64,000 nt of DNA from Bacteroidota bacterium (GCA_013376995.1 JACAAZ010000015.1:47695-111694); one strand, 5' to 3'; counted from the first letter of the stretch, positions 20,193-29,723 are shown. Made by a program: numbers and translations. Notes: generated from the letters alone by a model not told the origin.

Positions 20193-20484
20193 TCCTACGA
20201 GTTTTAGATTTCATCTTTATCCATCAAAGCGGCAAAAGACTTTGCTGATAAGATAAATGACCAGAATAGCTTTGTGAAATTCTTGATTCGGCTTCCCGGG
20301 AAAGGCCGGAAGACGATGCACTATGAATTAAAGAGCAAAGAAAAGAAACTTTATCCTTTATGAACAAAAAAAGTTATCAAACAGTTCATTAGGATGAATG
20401 ACACTAAGTAATTGTCACAAATTTTAATGACATTTGCACTGAATTTATATAGTATTTAAATTTCGCATACTAATTATAACTGAT

Positions 20485-20724
20485 ATGGAAATTTCATCCG
20501 GTATCATTATTACTCTAATTCTAATTGCCATTATCACCCTATTTGTGATTTCAACATCCTTGACAAGTATCAGCAGAAATCTCAGGATAACCCGTAAGCT
20601 ACTCAGTGATTGGAAAAAAGAATCTGGAGTTGGTGCAGTTTCGACCTGCAACAATTGTCATAATAAATATGAAGGCAGGCCCCTGCATTGTCCGCATTGC
20701 GGAACGCCCATAATTCACCAATAA
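20485..20724 (+). CDS. small membrane-anchored zinc-ribbon protein
   Basis: 79 aa. TM helix IIITLILIAIITLFVI. C-terminal CNNCHNKYEGRPLHCPHCGTPI (CxxC...CxxC). Confidence 0.5.
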   Translation: MEISSGIIITLILIAIITLFVISTSLTSISRNLRITRKLLSDWKKESGVGAVSTCNNCHNKYEGRPLHCPHCGTPIIHQ

Positions 20725-21036
20725 GAATTTAGGGCTTCCTCCTCTGTGGGGTATTTTTCTGGCTATTGCTTGTGCCAGGTACTAAATGCATAGTAACTAG
20801 TTCCAGCATCATTATTGGGCGTTAAAACCTCAATGAATTGCATTACTGTTTACCACCAGGCCTTGAATTCCAGCTACCAACCACATGCTTTCAATTGCAT
20901 TTTACCTGCGTTTGTTGGGAACCAAACAAGTTGCATAAATCACAACATTGAAGTAAATGCTTGAATTTCACTTGACTGCTTATTAAATTTATTGTACTTT
21001 TATTACAACAAAAAAGTGGATATTTATTGTAACCTT

Positions 21037-21405
21037 ATGAAAACAATAAGGGAACTATTGGTTTCAGGATTGCCTCGGAAATCTTTCCTTGTTACAGCCA
21101 TTTTAGTTACTCTTGGTATTTCCATCGATACTGCCTTAAACGTATCGCATGTCATGGTTTTCTTTTCGCTGATTTTATTATCAGCGCTTTTCTCATCACT
21201 ATATTTCAAATCGGAGCATCACCCCACCCAAGTAGGTATTGTGAGCATAATGATGGGCATTATTTATCCCATGGCATTCCCAAATGACCTGGCATGGTGG
21301 CGCCTCTCCTGTTATTCCATCCCTTTCTGGATAACGGGGATGCTATTCATTTCGTGCTGCCTTGTTGAGAAGCATTCCTATCATGGACACTTCAGAGCTA
21401 ATTGA
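21037..21405 (+). CDS. hypothetical membrane protein
   Basis: The ORF-track start at 20992 is a TTG. The first ATG is at 21037 (MKTIRELL...). There are four hydrophobic segments and the C-terminus reads HSYHGH. I recognise no family. Confidence 0.4.
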   Translation: MKTIRELLVSGLPRKSFLVTAILVTLGISIDTALNVSHVMVFFSLILLSALFSSLYFKSEHHPTQVGIVSIMMGIIYPMAFPNDLAWWRLSCYSIPFWITGMLFISCCLVEKHSYHGHFRAN

Positions 21406-21525
21406 GCAGCTTCACTAATTCACTTGAGCACCTCTTTCATATCAGTGTTGAGCAAATTTCCTTCCGGTAATTTCTTCAATATGATTTTATTTTCGTATCC
21501 CTTGATTTCCTATGAGCTAACCTAT

Positions 21526-21533
21526 TAGTTTTG
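21526..21533 (+). promoter_or_regulatory. candidate -7 promoter element (TAnnTTTG) for the 21544-26035 gene cluster
   Basis: TAGTTTTG lies 11 nt upstream of the ATG at 21544, which implies a very short leader. Confidence 0.4.
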
Positions 21534-21543
21534 CAGGCAAGGT

Positions 21544-22281
21544 ATGCGATATATAATTGGCATTGATGATACGGACAACCTGGATAGTCGTGGCACCGGC
21601 CATCGAGCGAGGATGATGGGATTGGGTTTGATGAAAGCCGGTTTGGGGAAACTTGAAAATATTACCCGACACCAGTTGTTTGTCAGTCCGCTGATTCCCT
21701 ATACATCTCACAACAGCTCAGCAAGCCTTGTTGTTTCCGATGTGAATGATCCGATTGAATTGACAGACTTTTGCAGAGTTTTCCTTGTACAGGAGAGTGC
21801 TGAAGGCTCAGATGCAGGACTCTGTGTAGCTGCTTATGATCAGGTAGATAAAGACCTACAGGAATGGGGCAGGAAAGCGAAATCAATTGTTTTGACAATG
21901 GATGAAGCTATATCCCTTGCACAAAAAAATAATATTTGCCTGGAAGGATTAACAGGTGAAAAATGTGGAATTATAGGATCGCTTGCGGCAGTTGGCTTAA
22001 GGAAAGAGGGTAATGACGGAAGACTACTCTGGATGCCTAATCTTCGCGAAACCAAAGGAATATTCAAGGTATCAGAAGTTTTTGCATTGCTATCACCTGA
22101 CGCTATAATTGATATGGAAGGTAAACAGGTAAGTGCAGAATCAAAAGTTGAGCTCACGGATTGGTCGCGACCGGTAATGCGCGGCAATAAGATAACCTTA
22201 ATCCTTCAACCTTGTAATAAAGATGAAGAAGCAGACTACACAAGTGCTCCAAAGGAGTTTATCAAAAGTATTTCCGGCTAA
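21544..22281 (+). CDS. stand-alone protein resembling the N-terminal kinase-type (TCKD) domain of archaeal tRNA(Ile2) agmatidine synthetase TiaS
   Basis: 245 aa. MRYIIGIDDTDN..SRGTG resembles the TiaS N-terminus as I recall it (M..VGIDDTDS.RG). L..P.IPYTSHN resembles RLNPTIPYKTRGN. DAGLCV, MDEAISLAQK and GIIGSLAAVG (TiaS GLIGALAAVG) follow in the same order. No OB-fold or zinc-ribbon region follows. The similarity is recalled from memory and was not computed. Confidence 0.5.
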   Translation: MRYIIGIDDTDNLDSRGTGHRARMMGLGLMKAGLGKLENITRHQLFVSPLIPYTSHNSSASLVVSDVNDPIELTDFCRVFLVQESAEGSDAGLCVAAYDQVDKDLQEWGRKAKSIVLTMDEAISLAQKNNICLEGLTGEKCGIIGSLAAVGLRKEGNDGRLLWMPNLRETKGIFKVSEVFALLSPDAIIDMEGKQVSAESKVELTDWSRPVMRGNKITLILQPCNKDEEADYTSAPKEFIKSISG

Positions 22282-22789
22282 CCAAACCCAGGTTCTGGCT
22301 GAAGGATTATTCCTTTTTCTTACCGGTATACTTGCAATGGTTCTGCATAGCAGGCTTCGTATCCCCATGCATTTACCCGGAAAACAGGGTCTGCTTTTCA
22401 TGTTTATGGTTGTAGGAGCCAGCTTGCTATCCCGTTTTCGTTTTTCCACCTTGTTGGTATCAACAGGTGTAACTACCATTCTTATGAGTGGATATGGCGG
22501 TTTTTATGATCCATTCATGCCAGTTTACTATCTTTTATTAGGGTTCGTACTTGACCTGATCATAGGGACATCCTCAAACATAAGCAGTAAATCCTGGTTT
22601 ATTGGACTGGCAGGTGGATTAAGCTTTTCGATAATCCCACTTTTCAAAACGATAATATCCCTGGCAATTGCCGTCCCATACCCATCTCTTTTAAATGGCG
22701 TGGTTTTCCCCTGGGTCACACATTTCATTTTCGGTTTTACCGGGAGTTTTCTGGCTGCTATGGCTGTAAAAACATTAGCAGAAAAGTAA
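22223..22789 (+). CDS. polytopic membrane protein, family unknown (possibly small-substrate transporter component)
   Basis: 188 aa with five to six hydrophobic segments. The only ATG preceding the first TM helix is at 22223, which gives a 59-nt out-of-frame overlap with the upstream gene. Confidence 0.55.
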   Translation: MKKQTTQVLQRSLSKVFPANQTQVLAEGLFLFLTGILAMVLHSRLRIPMHLPGKQGLLFMFMVVGASLLSRFRFSTLLVSTGVTTILMSGYGGFYDPFMPVYYLLLGFVLDLIIGTSSNISSKSWFIGLAGGLSFSIIPLFKTIISLAIAVPYPSLLNGVVFPWVTHFIFGFTGSFLAAMAVKTLAEK

Positions 22790-22832
22790 TTCCATTATTT
22801 CGAAAGGCCGATAACTTAATCACATCTTCGAA

Positions 22833-23726
22833 ATGCAACTATTGTCATATCGAAAACTTCAGATCGCTTTCCTGATTGTCATTCCAATGGCATTCAACCT
22901 GGTTTTCAGTAGTTGTAAGGAGGAGAATTCAGGAGCAACTGTTCCCAATATACAATTTATAGAGGCAAACGGCGTACTGGTAAAGGATACAGCTTTACCA
23001 CCAGGTGGTTCCATCCTGGTATCTCTTAATGCAAACGGGGGCGGTAAAAATATTACGTATTTTGGCGTGTCGATGGATGATGGTAACATGCACTATGTAT
23101 TGGATTCCGGAATGAATAAGCCAAATCTTTCCTATACCCAACAAATTTTCAAAGGCAATAGTGCTGTTGAACGCTGGACGTTCATGGTTATGAACCATGA
23201 CAGGCAAAAAGCTTATGTAACCCTTACTCTTACAAAAGCTAATGTTATTCAATGGGGGAAGATAAAAACCTATAATCCGGTAATACTGGGAGCCCAGGCT
23301 AACACAGAGTTTGGGGGATTTTTTTCGACGAGTTCCGGATCTGCAAACTACTACCAGCAAGCCATTTCGGATCCTACCCACACTGATATAATCTACTATT
23401 TCGGCAATTATGAGGGAACCCTTTCTTCACCATCTGAAAGTGAAGCTCCAACCTTTTTCCCCGGATTGAGCAGTTGGGCCATGAAGAATGAGACACGCTA
23501 TGATACAACAAGTCTAACATCTTCTCAATTTGAAGCTGCCAATAATGACAGCTTGATGCTAGTATCATTTGAACCCGTTAATGCTAAGCGCAAGGCAAAG
23601 TACCTGCAGCCAGGGATGGTGATTACTTTCAGGACACAATCCGGAAAGACAGGTTTACTACTTGTAAAAGACCTGGTAACAGGGGAGAGTGGTAAACTGG
23701 AATGTGCAATTAAAGTCCAGGAATGA
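22833..23726 (+). CDS. predicted surface-exposed lipoprotein, family unknown
   Basis: Signal peptide ending LVFSSC. Cys is followed by KEEN, which matches the K-(D/E)2 lipoprotein export signal pattern described for Bacteroidota. The stop overlaps the TonB-dependent receptor start (ATGA at 23723-23726). Confidence 0.6.
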   Translation: MQLLSYRKLQIAFLIVIPMAFNLVFSSCKEENSGATVPNIQFIEANGVLVKDTALPPGGSILVSLNANGGGKNITYFGVSMDDGNMHYVLDSGMNKPNLSYTQQIFKGNSAVERWTFMVMNHDRQKAYVTLTLTKANVIQWGKIKTYNPVILGAQANTEFGGFFSTSSGSANYYQQAISDPTHTDIIYYFGNYEGTLSSPSESEAPTFFPGLSSWAMKNETRYDTTSLTSSQFEAANNDSLMLVSFEPVNAKRKAKYLQPGMVITFRTQSGKTGLLLVKDLVTGESGKLECAIKVQE

Positions 23727-26035
23727 TGAGCCGGTCCTTGCTTTTTCTCTTTACATTTATGGCATTGGTGTTTCATCCGGACAGGTCTAATGCTCAGTCA
23801 ACTCTATCAGGAATGCTCTTCGACAGCACTAGCCTTGCTCCACTCTCCAATGTAAATATAAGTGTCGACGGTGTCAAATCTGCAACTACAAGTAACGAAA
23901 AGGGTGAATTTGTTCTTACAGGCCTTGCAGATGGCTATATTACTATACATTTTACCCATGTTTCCTATCGTCCTGCCGAATACCATCTCAATCTGCATTC
24001 AACGGCAATCCTACCTTCCATCTACTTAGTCCCGGCTTCAGTAAAGCTAAAAGATGTATTTGTCACGGCAGATCGACTGAAGCGCAGTTCTGAAGAAATC
24101 CCCGGGATGGCTTACACTGTTTCGGGCTCCAAAGCCCAGGTATATTCTATAAACAATTCTGATGATCTTCTTTACCTAGTTCCTGGAATTCGTGTTGACA
24201 GGGATCGTGGGATATTTTCAAAGAACTCAAGCATAAGTATGAGGGGATTAAATGGTAGCTATCGTGTGCTTGTTTTGTTGGATGGGGCTCCAATTAATAA
24301 AGCCGATGGTGCGGGCATAAACTGGAACCGGATTGATCCTGATATTATTGACAGGATTGAAATACTGAAAGGCCCTAATTCTACCATATATGGTGGTAGC
24401 GCAATGGGTGGAGTAGTCAATATAATAACAAGCAGGGATCCGGGACCTTTTAGGGCCCGAATTAAAACTTTTTATGGCACCTACAATACCTTTGGTGGTG
24501 GTTTATCTGCAAGCGGAGCTAAGATCAAGAATGGAAAAGGAATTTATTGGTCAGTGAATGGTTTTTACAGGAAAGGTGATGGCTACATTCCAGTTGCAGA
24601 TTCACTTAAGGACAGCCTTGATTCCAAGACCTACCTGAAAGAAATCGGTACAAGTTTTATGGTAGGGTATCAACTTTCTCCAGAAAGTTCTGTTGAAGCC
24701 GAATATGATTACTACTGGGATAAAAGAGGTGATGGCACGTTTATTTATGAGCCAGGAGGAAGCTATAATCAATACCCATCACACTTTACACGAGTCAAAT
24801 ATCAGTCTCGATTAGGCAGGTGGCAAGTTAATGCAACCGGATTTTACCAGCTGGAACATTACCTCCGCCAGAATGAAACAATAAAGAAACAGGCAGGGAA
24901 ATACACGTTATATAAAACTGATTCCAGAAGAACGGATGCAGGGTTATGGCTGACAGCAGCCTTGCAGCTGAACAAAGGACGGAGACTAACGACTGGCTTT
25001 GATTTAAAAAGCGGTGGTGTTGAGGCATCTGATCTTTATTATACATCCACCGATATTTTAACCAACAAGGGGCAGATGGACATTGGGGCTGCATTTGCTC
25101 AATTTGAAATGCCTGTATTGTTTAAATGTCTCTTTTTGGAAGCCGGCATCCGGTTCGATGCTGCCAGGTTTCATGGAGGCAGTTTTACTATCCGGGATCC
25201 GGGAGCTCTCACAGAATTCATGACTCATTATCCAACACAATTTCATGATACAACATGGCTGGCAATTAGTCCCCGGCTTGCATTCTGGTATCATACATCC
25301 TCAAAATTCAAGCTCTATATCAGTTATGCACAAGGATTCCGGGCTCCGACCCTGGATGATGTATGCAGGAATGGAAATATCACCAAAGGATTCAAACTTG
25401 CCAATCCAGCTTTAGGGCCGGAGCGACTCAACAATATTGAGGCAGGGTATTCTTATGAACTATCACAAAAACTCAGGATCGAGCACAGTGTTTATTTCTC
25501 ATTTGGCAAGGACTTTCAATATTTTGTTGCTTCAGGCGATTCTGTATATACAGGTGGCAATAACCTGAAGCCGGTCCTTCAAAGGCAGAACATCAGCAGA
25601 GTTCATGTATTAGGTACAGAACTGAACCTGAATTACCAGCTAAGCAGTACTTTCTTGTATTTTATTAATTACTGCTATAATCATTCAAGGATCGTTTCAG
25701 CAGAAAGCAGTAATGGTAAAAGCCTGAATGGCAAAACCCTCATGGAAGTCCCTTCTCAACAGGCTTCGACAGGTGTTGAATTCAGGTATAAATGGTTTAT
25801 GGCCGGTGTGACGTATGCCTATACAGGGAAAATCTATGCTGATGATGATAATTTACTAGTGAATCCAGCCCGAACCGAAACAGGAATAAGGGTTTCAGCA
25901 AACTACCTGGAGAAACTTTATCTGAGCCTAAACATTCAGGATCTTTTTGACCAGCGATATACGGATAACAAGGGTAATATTTCTCCCGGCAGATTTATGT
26001 TATTAAGTGTAATCTGGAAGATTCAAACGATGTAA
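23723..26035 (+). CDS. TonB-dependent receptor with N-terminal carboxypeptidase-regulatory-like domain
   Basis: 770 aa. Signal peptide. CarboxypepD_reg-like LSGMLFDSTSLAPLSNVNISVDG...TSNEKGEFVL. Plug motifs LLYLVPGIRVDR, MRGLNG..VLVLLDGAPIN, IEILKGPNSTIYGGSAMGGVVNIIT. C-terminal barrel region. No SusD-like gene is adjacent. Confidence 0.9.
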   Translation: MMSRSLLFLFTFMALVFHPDRSNAQSTLSGMLFDSTSLAPLSNVNISVDGVKSATTSNEKGEFVLTGLADGYITIHFTHVSYRPAEYHLNLHSTAILPSIYLVPASVKLKDVFVTADRLKRSSEEIPGMAYTVSGSKAQVYSINNSDDLLYLVPGIRVDRDRGIFSKNSSISMRGLNGSYRVLVLLDGAPINKADGAGINWNRIDPDIIDRIEILKGPNSTIYGGSAMGGVVNIITSRDPGPFRARIKTFYGTYNTFGGGLSASGAKIKNGKGIYWSVNGFYRKGDGYIPVADSLKDSLDSKTYLKEIGTSFMVGYQLSPESSVEAEYDYYWDKRGDGTFIYEPGGSYNQYPSHFTRVKYQSRLGRWQVNATGFYQLEHYLRQNETIKKQAGKYTLYKTDSRRTDAGLWLTAALQLNKGRRLTTGFDLKSGGVEASDLYYTSTDILTNKGQMDIGAAFAQFEMPVLFKCLFLEAGIRFDAARFHGGSFTIRDPGALTEFMTHYPTQFHDTTWLAISPRLAFWYHTSSKFKLYISYAQGFRAPTLDDVCRNGNITKGFKLANPALGPERLNNIEAGYSYELSQKLRIEHSVYFSFGKDFQYFVASGDSVYTGGNNLKPVLQRQNISRVHVLGTELNLNYQLSSTFLYFINYCYNHSRIVSAESSNGKSLNGKTLMEVPSQQASTGVEFRYKWFMAGVTYAYTGKIYADDDNLLVNPARTETGIRVSANYLEKLYLSLNIQDLFDQRYTDNKGNISPGRFMLLSVIWKIQTM

Positions 26036-26110
26036 CCAGGGTTTGCACGCAAGAAAATTCTGTTCATCAGCAATGTTAAAACAAAAAAACATATCGCGAA
26101 TAAACAGAAA

Positions 26111-26138
26111 CTCCCTGTTACCTAATGATAACAGGGAG
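26111..26138 (-). terminator. candidate terminator hairpin in the convergent gap between the receptor gene and the yceI-like gene
   Basis: 10-bp stem CTCCCTGTTA / TAACAGGGAG with an 8-nt loop. On the minus strand it is followed by the T-rich tttctgtttattcgcgatatgttttttt. On the plus strand there is no T run. Confidence 0.4.
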
Positions 26139-26278
26139 TAGAGTTACGGAATTAACCGCGAAGAAGACAAGCATACGAGTTGCGATTGACTAGGATTCCG
26201 GGCGCGCCATGTTTAGTAGTTTACAAGTTACCGATCGCCCTACCAATCGGTTTCAGTTAACCCTAGCCTATTTCCTGT

Positions 26279-26833
26279 TTACTTACTGAGGCTCTCCATC
26301 GGTACATTAACATCTATCTGTATATTCTCAGCAATATTTTTAACTACAGCTTTAGGGATAGTAATATTATAGTCCTTTACAAGCACATTGAATGTTGACT
26401 TTCCGGTTATTTTTCCACCTTTAACTTCAAAGGTTCCATTGGTTTTAACCTTGTTTGTAACGCCGTGCATGGTAAGGTCTCCTTCAACAATTGCATTATA
26501 GGTACCATCCTTGGCAAAATTTATCTCTTTGATGTTCGTTACCTTACCATTAAACGTGGAATTGGGGAATTGGTCTGACTGCATATAGTTCTCATTGAAG
26601 TGCTCTTGCATCAGTGCTTTTTCGAATTCGAAAGATTTGATTAGGATCTTAAAAACAAAGTTCCCGCTTGAAGCATCCAATGCACTGTTAACTTGATGAT
26701 TAAATGCTTCAATTTTTTCCATTTGACCATCAGAGTAGAAATGAATGGTTCCATTTTTAGTCATAAACTTCTGGCCGAATGCAAAAGATATTGACAAAAT
26801 AACAACTGCTGAAAGAGCAAATAATTTTTTCAT
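26279..26833 (-). CDS. YceI-family periplasmic protein
   Basis: 184 aa with a signal peptide. SSGNFVFKILIKSFEF, FPNSTFNG, GDLTMHGVTNKV. Typical YceI-like length and pattern. Confidence 0.8.
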   Translation of the reverse strand: MKKLFALSAVVILSISFAFGQKFMTKNGTIHFYSDGQMEKIEAFNHQVNSALDASSGNFVFKILIKSFEFEKALMQEHFNENYMQSDQFPNSTFNGKVTNIKEINFAKDGTYNAIVEGDLTMHGVTNKVKTNGTFEVKGGKITGKSTFNVLVKDYNITIPKAVVKNIAENIQIDVNVPMESLSK

Positions 26834-27043
26834 TTTAGTGATTTCTTTTAGGTAGGTGTCTTATTGAATTTGATGATACAAAGTAATGGCCATTTCCTGA
26901 ATAAGTAAAACAATAAATGCTGAACAGGGAAATATGAGCACTGAAACCGAAATTTTACTCTTAAACCGAAATTTCTTAGGTAATCAGATAGCAATTTTGA
27001 ACAGGCTAACATGAAACTTTCCGAATGTGTCGATTGAAAATCC

Positions 27044-27051
27044 TAATTTTG
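27044..27051 (+). promoter_or_regulatory. candidate -7 promoter element (TAnnTTTG)
   Basis: TAATTTTG lies 20 nt upstream of the ATG at 27071. Confidence 0.4.
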
Positions 27052-27070
27052 AGCTGAAATTTTCAATTCT

Positions 27071-29083
27071 ATGAATAAGCCAAACTTCCGACATTTATAC
27101 CTGATCATAATTTCATTGTTCTTTTGCTCTGGTCTGCAAGCCCAGAAATCATCTGTTGTTCAACCCGGGCCAAGAGGCGTGTATGTGTTTCTCGGGAAAA
27201 AGGTTCCCTGTGGCAAGATTATTTCCGCATATAAGATTGAACGCAGAATAGGTTCAGAAGAATGGAAGGCTCTTGGAGATGTTCAAGCTCCTGTTTCACT
27301 GAATGAGTTGATATCCAGGATTGAAACTGCAAAAAAAATTCTCCCGGCGCAGCCTCTACCATCCAGGCAAAGGTTACAGCAATTGTATGAAAGAGCCATG
27401 AGCAGCGGAACCATTGATTCTTTAAAAGGTTTCAGCCTCTATTATCCTATAAAGATAGGGCTTGGATTGATTTATTATGATGCAGGAGTTATGACTGGCA
27501 AGGAAGTGCAATATCGCGTTACTGAACTTGGTGTTAAGGGAGAATCCGGTGCTATTATTGTTTCTGACACGATTAGCCTGCCACACCCATCTGTTTTTGA
27601 TGAAATTCAATTTGCCGGAAGTTCTCGTTCTCTAAAAACCGTTTATCTAAAATGGTATTCAGCAGGGAAAAACCCGGGGCCCCTTTTTATGGTACACAGG
27701 ATTGAGAACAAGAAGCCGGTCCTGGCCGGGGGAACAGTTGGTCATTATTCCGTGAATGACACGACTTATTATACTTTCCAGGACTCACTTACTTTAGAAC
27801 AATCGCGAATTGAACTTCAATACATGATGACGCCTTTCGATCTGTTGGGAAATGCAGGAAAATCAACACAGGTTGTAGCGGTAACCCACGATAACTTCAG
27901 CACATCCTATTTCATGCATATTACTTCCTCAAAACTTGCAGATCGCACTGCAACCCGGATCAATTGGTATTACAGCGATCCTCCTACACTGAAAAATGTA
28001 GAGATTTACCGAAGCGATTATGCGGATAGAGGTTTCGTATTACTGGCCTCCTTAGGTAGTAAGGACACAACCTATGTTGATGAAAGCATACAGCCTACCC
28101 AGCCCTACTATTATTTCCTGAAAGCTATTTCTAAAAGCGGGAAAAGATTTAAAGAATCTGACAAGTTCCTGTCACTGGCATATCATGGAGTTATTCCTCA
28201 ATCACCGGTTATAACTGAAACCATTGGTACCACAAAAGGTGTTTCGTTGACTATTGAGATTAAAGATCCAAATGCCAGGGGGGTAAGGGTATTCAGGAAT
28301 GATGGGAATTCGGATAAGTTAACTGTAATTACTGATCTGATACTCAGAGGAGATAAGTCTCAAATCCTTTTCATCGATTCAAGTCAGTATTTATCAGGTC
28401 GAAAAAACTATACTTATGCCGCAAGGTCTGAAAGCCTTGATAATATCCCAAGTGAATTATCAAACAGGGTTACCGTAAGACCTCTTGTTGTTTCAGCACC
28501 TCAAAAGCCTGCCTATTTCAAGGCTTTTATAAGTGATAAGAGTGTAAAGCTGTTTTGGGAAGATATGATAAAAGCAGATTCAACCATAGCCGGTTACCTG
28601 GTATCCAGGCGTACAGAAAATGCAACTGCTATTTCCAATCTACCTTATTCTCCAATTGCCGGAGATCTGCAGCCTTTTATTTCGAATATGCTGGAGGACA
28701 GTTCTGTAGTTAAGGGTAATACCTACAGCTATACCATACAATCCGTGGATAAGGATAAAACCCGAAGTCTTAAAAAGGCTTTTGTTACTGTCTCTTTCAA
28801 GGAAGAAGTTGCAATTGCACCCATAGGATTAAGTTTTACATCCATGCCAAGTGCGGTAAAAGTTGAATGGGGGCAGGTTTCATACAAAGGCTTTCAAGCT
28901 TATCATATCTACCGGATTAATAATGGAAAAACTGCTGAACTTCTTTCTGAATTACCAGCATCAACCAATGAATTCATCGATCTTAAGGTAGAAGCCGGTT
29001 CTGAGTACAAGTATTTCCTAACAACGGTAAACCAGGCTGGTAAAGAAAGTGAACATTCAGAAGTAGTAGTAATTAGCAGGTAG
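27071..29083 (+). CDS. secreted protein with several fibronectin-type-III-like repeats, function unknown
   Basis: 670 aa with a signal peptide. A recurring pattern (V.L.W.......GY.+.R..........L.......D......Y.Y.+..V...G.ES..S) suggests FN3-like domains. Confidence 0.55.
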   Translation: MNKPNFRHLYLIIISLFFCSGLQAQKSSVVQPGPRGVYVFLGKKVPCGKIISAYKIERRIGSEEWKALGDVQAPVSLNELISRIETAKKILPAQPLPSRQRLQQLYERAMSSGTIDSLKGFSLYYPIKIGLGLIYYDAGVMTGKEVQYRVTELGVKGESGAIIVSDTISLPHPSVFDEIQFAGSSRSLKTVYLKWYSAGKNPGPLFMVHRIENKKPVLAGGTVGHYSVNDTTYYTFQDSLTLEQSRIELQYMMTPFDLLGNAGKSTQVVAVTHDNFSTSYFMHITSSKLADRTATRINWYYSDPPTLKNVEIYRSDYADRGFVLLASLGSKDTTYVDESIQPTQPYYYFLKAISKSGKRFKESDKFLSLAYHGVIPQSPVITETIGTTKGVSLTIEIKDPNARGVRVFRNDGNSDKLTVITDLILRGDKSQILFIDSSQYLSGRKNYTYAARSESLDNIPSELSNRVTVRPLVVSAPQKPAYFKAFISDKSVKLFWEDMIKADSTIAGYLVSRRTENATAISNLPYSPIAGDLQPFISNMLEDSSVVKGNTYSYTIQSVDKDKTRSLKKAFVTVSFKEEVAIAPIGLSFTSMPSAVKVEWGQVSYKGFQAYHIYRINNGKTAELLSELPASTNEFIDLKVEAGSEYKYFLTTVNQAGKESEHSEVVVISR

Positions 29084-29091
29084 GCCAGAAA

Positions 29092-29661
29092 TCAGGATCC
29101 CCAGCGGTATCCTTCCAGTTGAAAGCCGGATAATACGAGTGCCCTATCAACTACAGTAGCAGCAAGCTCTTCAAAGGTCTGAGGCCTGGAATAAAAGGAG
29201 GGTGTTGCCGGACAAATAATTCCACCAGCTTCGGTGACTGTCTTCATATTATTTATATGGATAAGGCTATAAGGAGTTTCGCGAACCACAAGAACAAGTT
29301 TTTGCCGTTCTTTCAGCATTACATCTGCAGCCCTGGTCATCAGGTCATTTGAAACACCAGAGGCTATGCGGCCGAGGGTCCCCATGCTACAGGGACAGAT
29401 AATCATAGTATCGTATCCGGCTGATCCGGAAGCAAATGGAGCATGAAAGTCCATCGGGTGGTACATTTTGTACGGCAACTGTTCGAACATACTGTTTCCC
29501 AGTTCATGTTTCCACACATCCCTTGCATTCGCTGACATCAAAACACCACAAGCCTCAACCTGGTCCTGAACTGTCGATAAGCGATCGAACAAAACTTTTG
29601 CATAAACTGCACCGCTGGCACCGGTTACCCCAATTACGATCCTATGTTTTGCTATATTCAT
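29092..29661 (-). CDS. ubiX: flavin prenyltransferase UbiX
   Basis: 189 aa. RIVIGVTGASGAVYAKVLFDRL, MIICPCSMGTLGRIASGVSNDLMTRAADVMLKERQKLVLVVRETP. Confidence 0.9.
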   Translation of the reverse strand: MNIAKHRIVIGVTGASGAVYAKVLFDRLSTVQDQVEACGVLMSANARDVWKHELGNSMFEQLPYKMYHPMDFHAPFASGSAGYDTMIICPCSMGTLGRIASGVSNDLMTRAADVMLKERQKLVLVVRETPYSLIHINNMKTVTEAGGIICPATPSFYSRPQTFEELAATVVDRALVLSGFQLEGYRWGS

Positions 29662-29723
29662 TCAGATAATGTCGTATTTACCCCCTTTAAAACAAAGTTG
29701 AAAGGATAAGGATTAATAAAAAC

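Noticed and set aside
20290-20310. 10-bp perfect palindrome TTCCCGGGAA upstream of the zinc-ribbon gene.
   Set aside because: It is short and isolated, with no extended arms and no second copy. It is compatible with chance.
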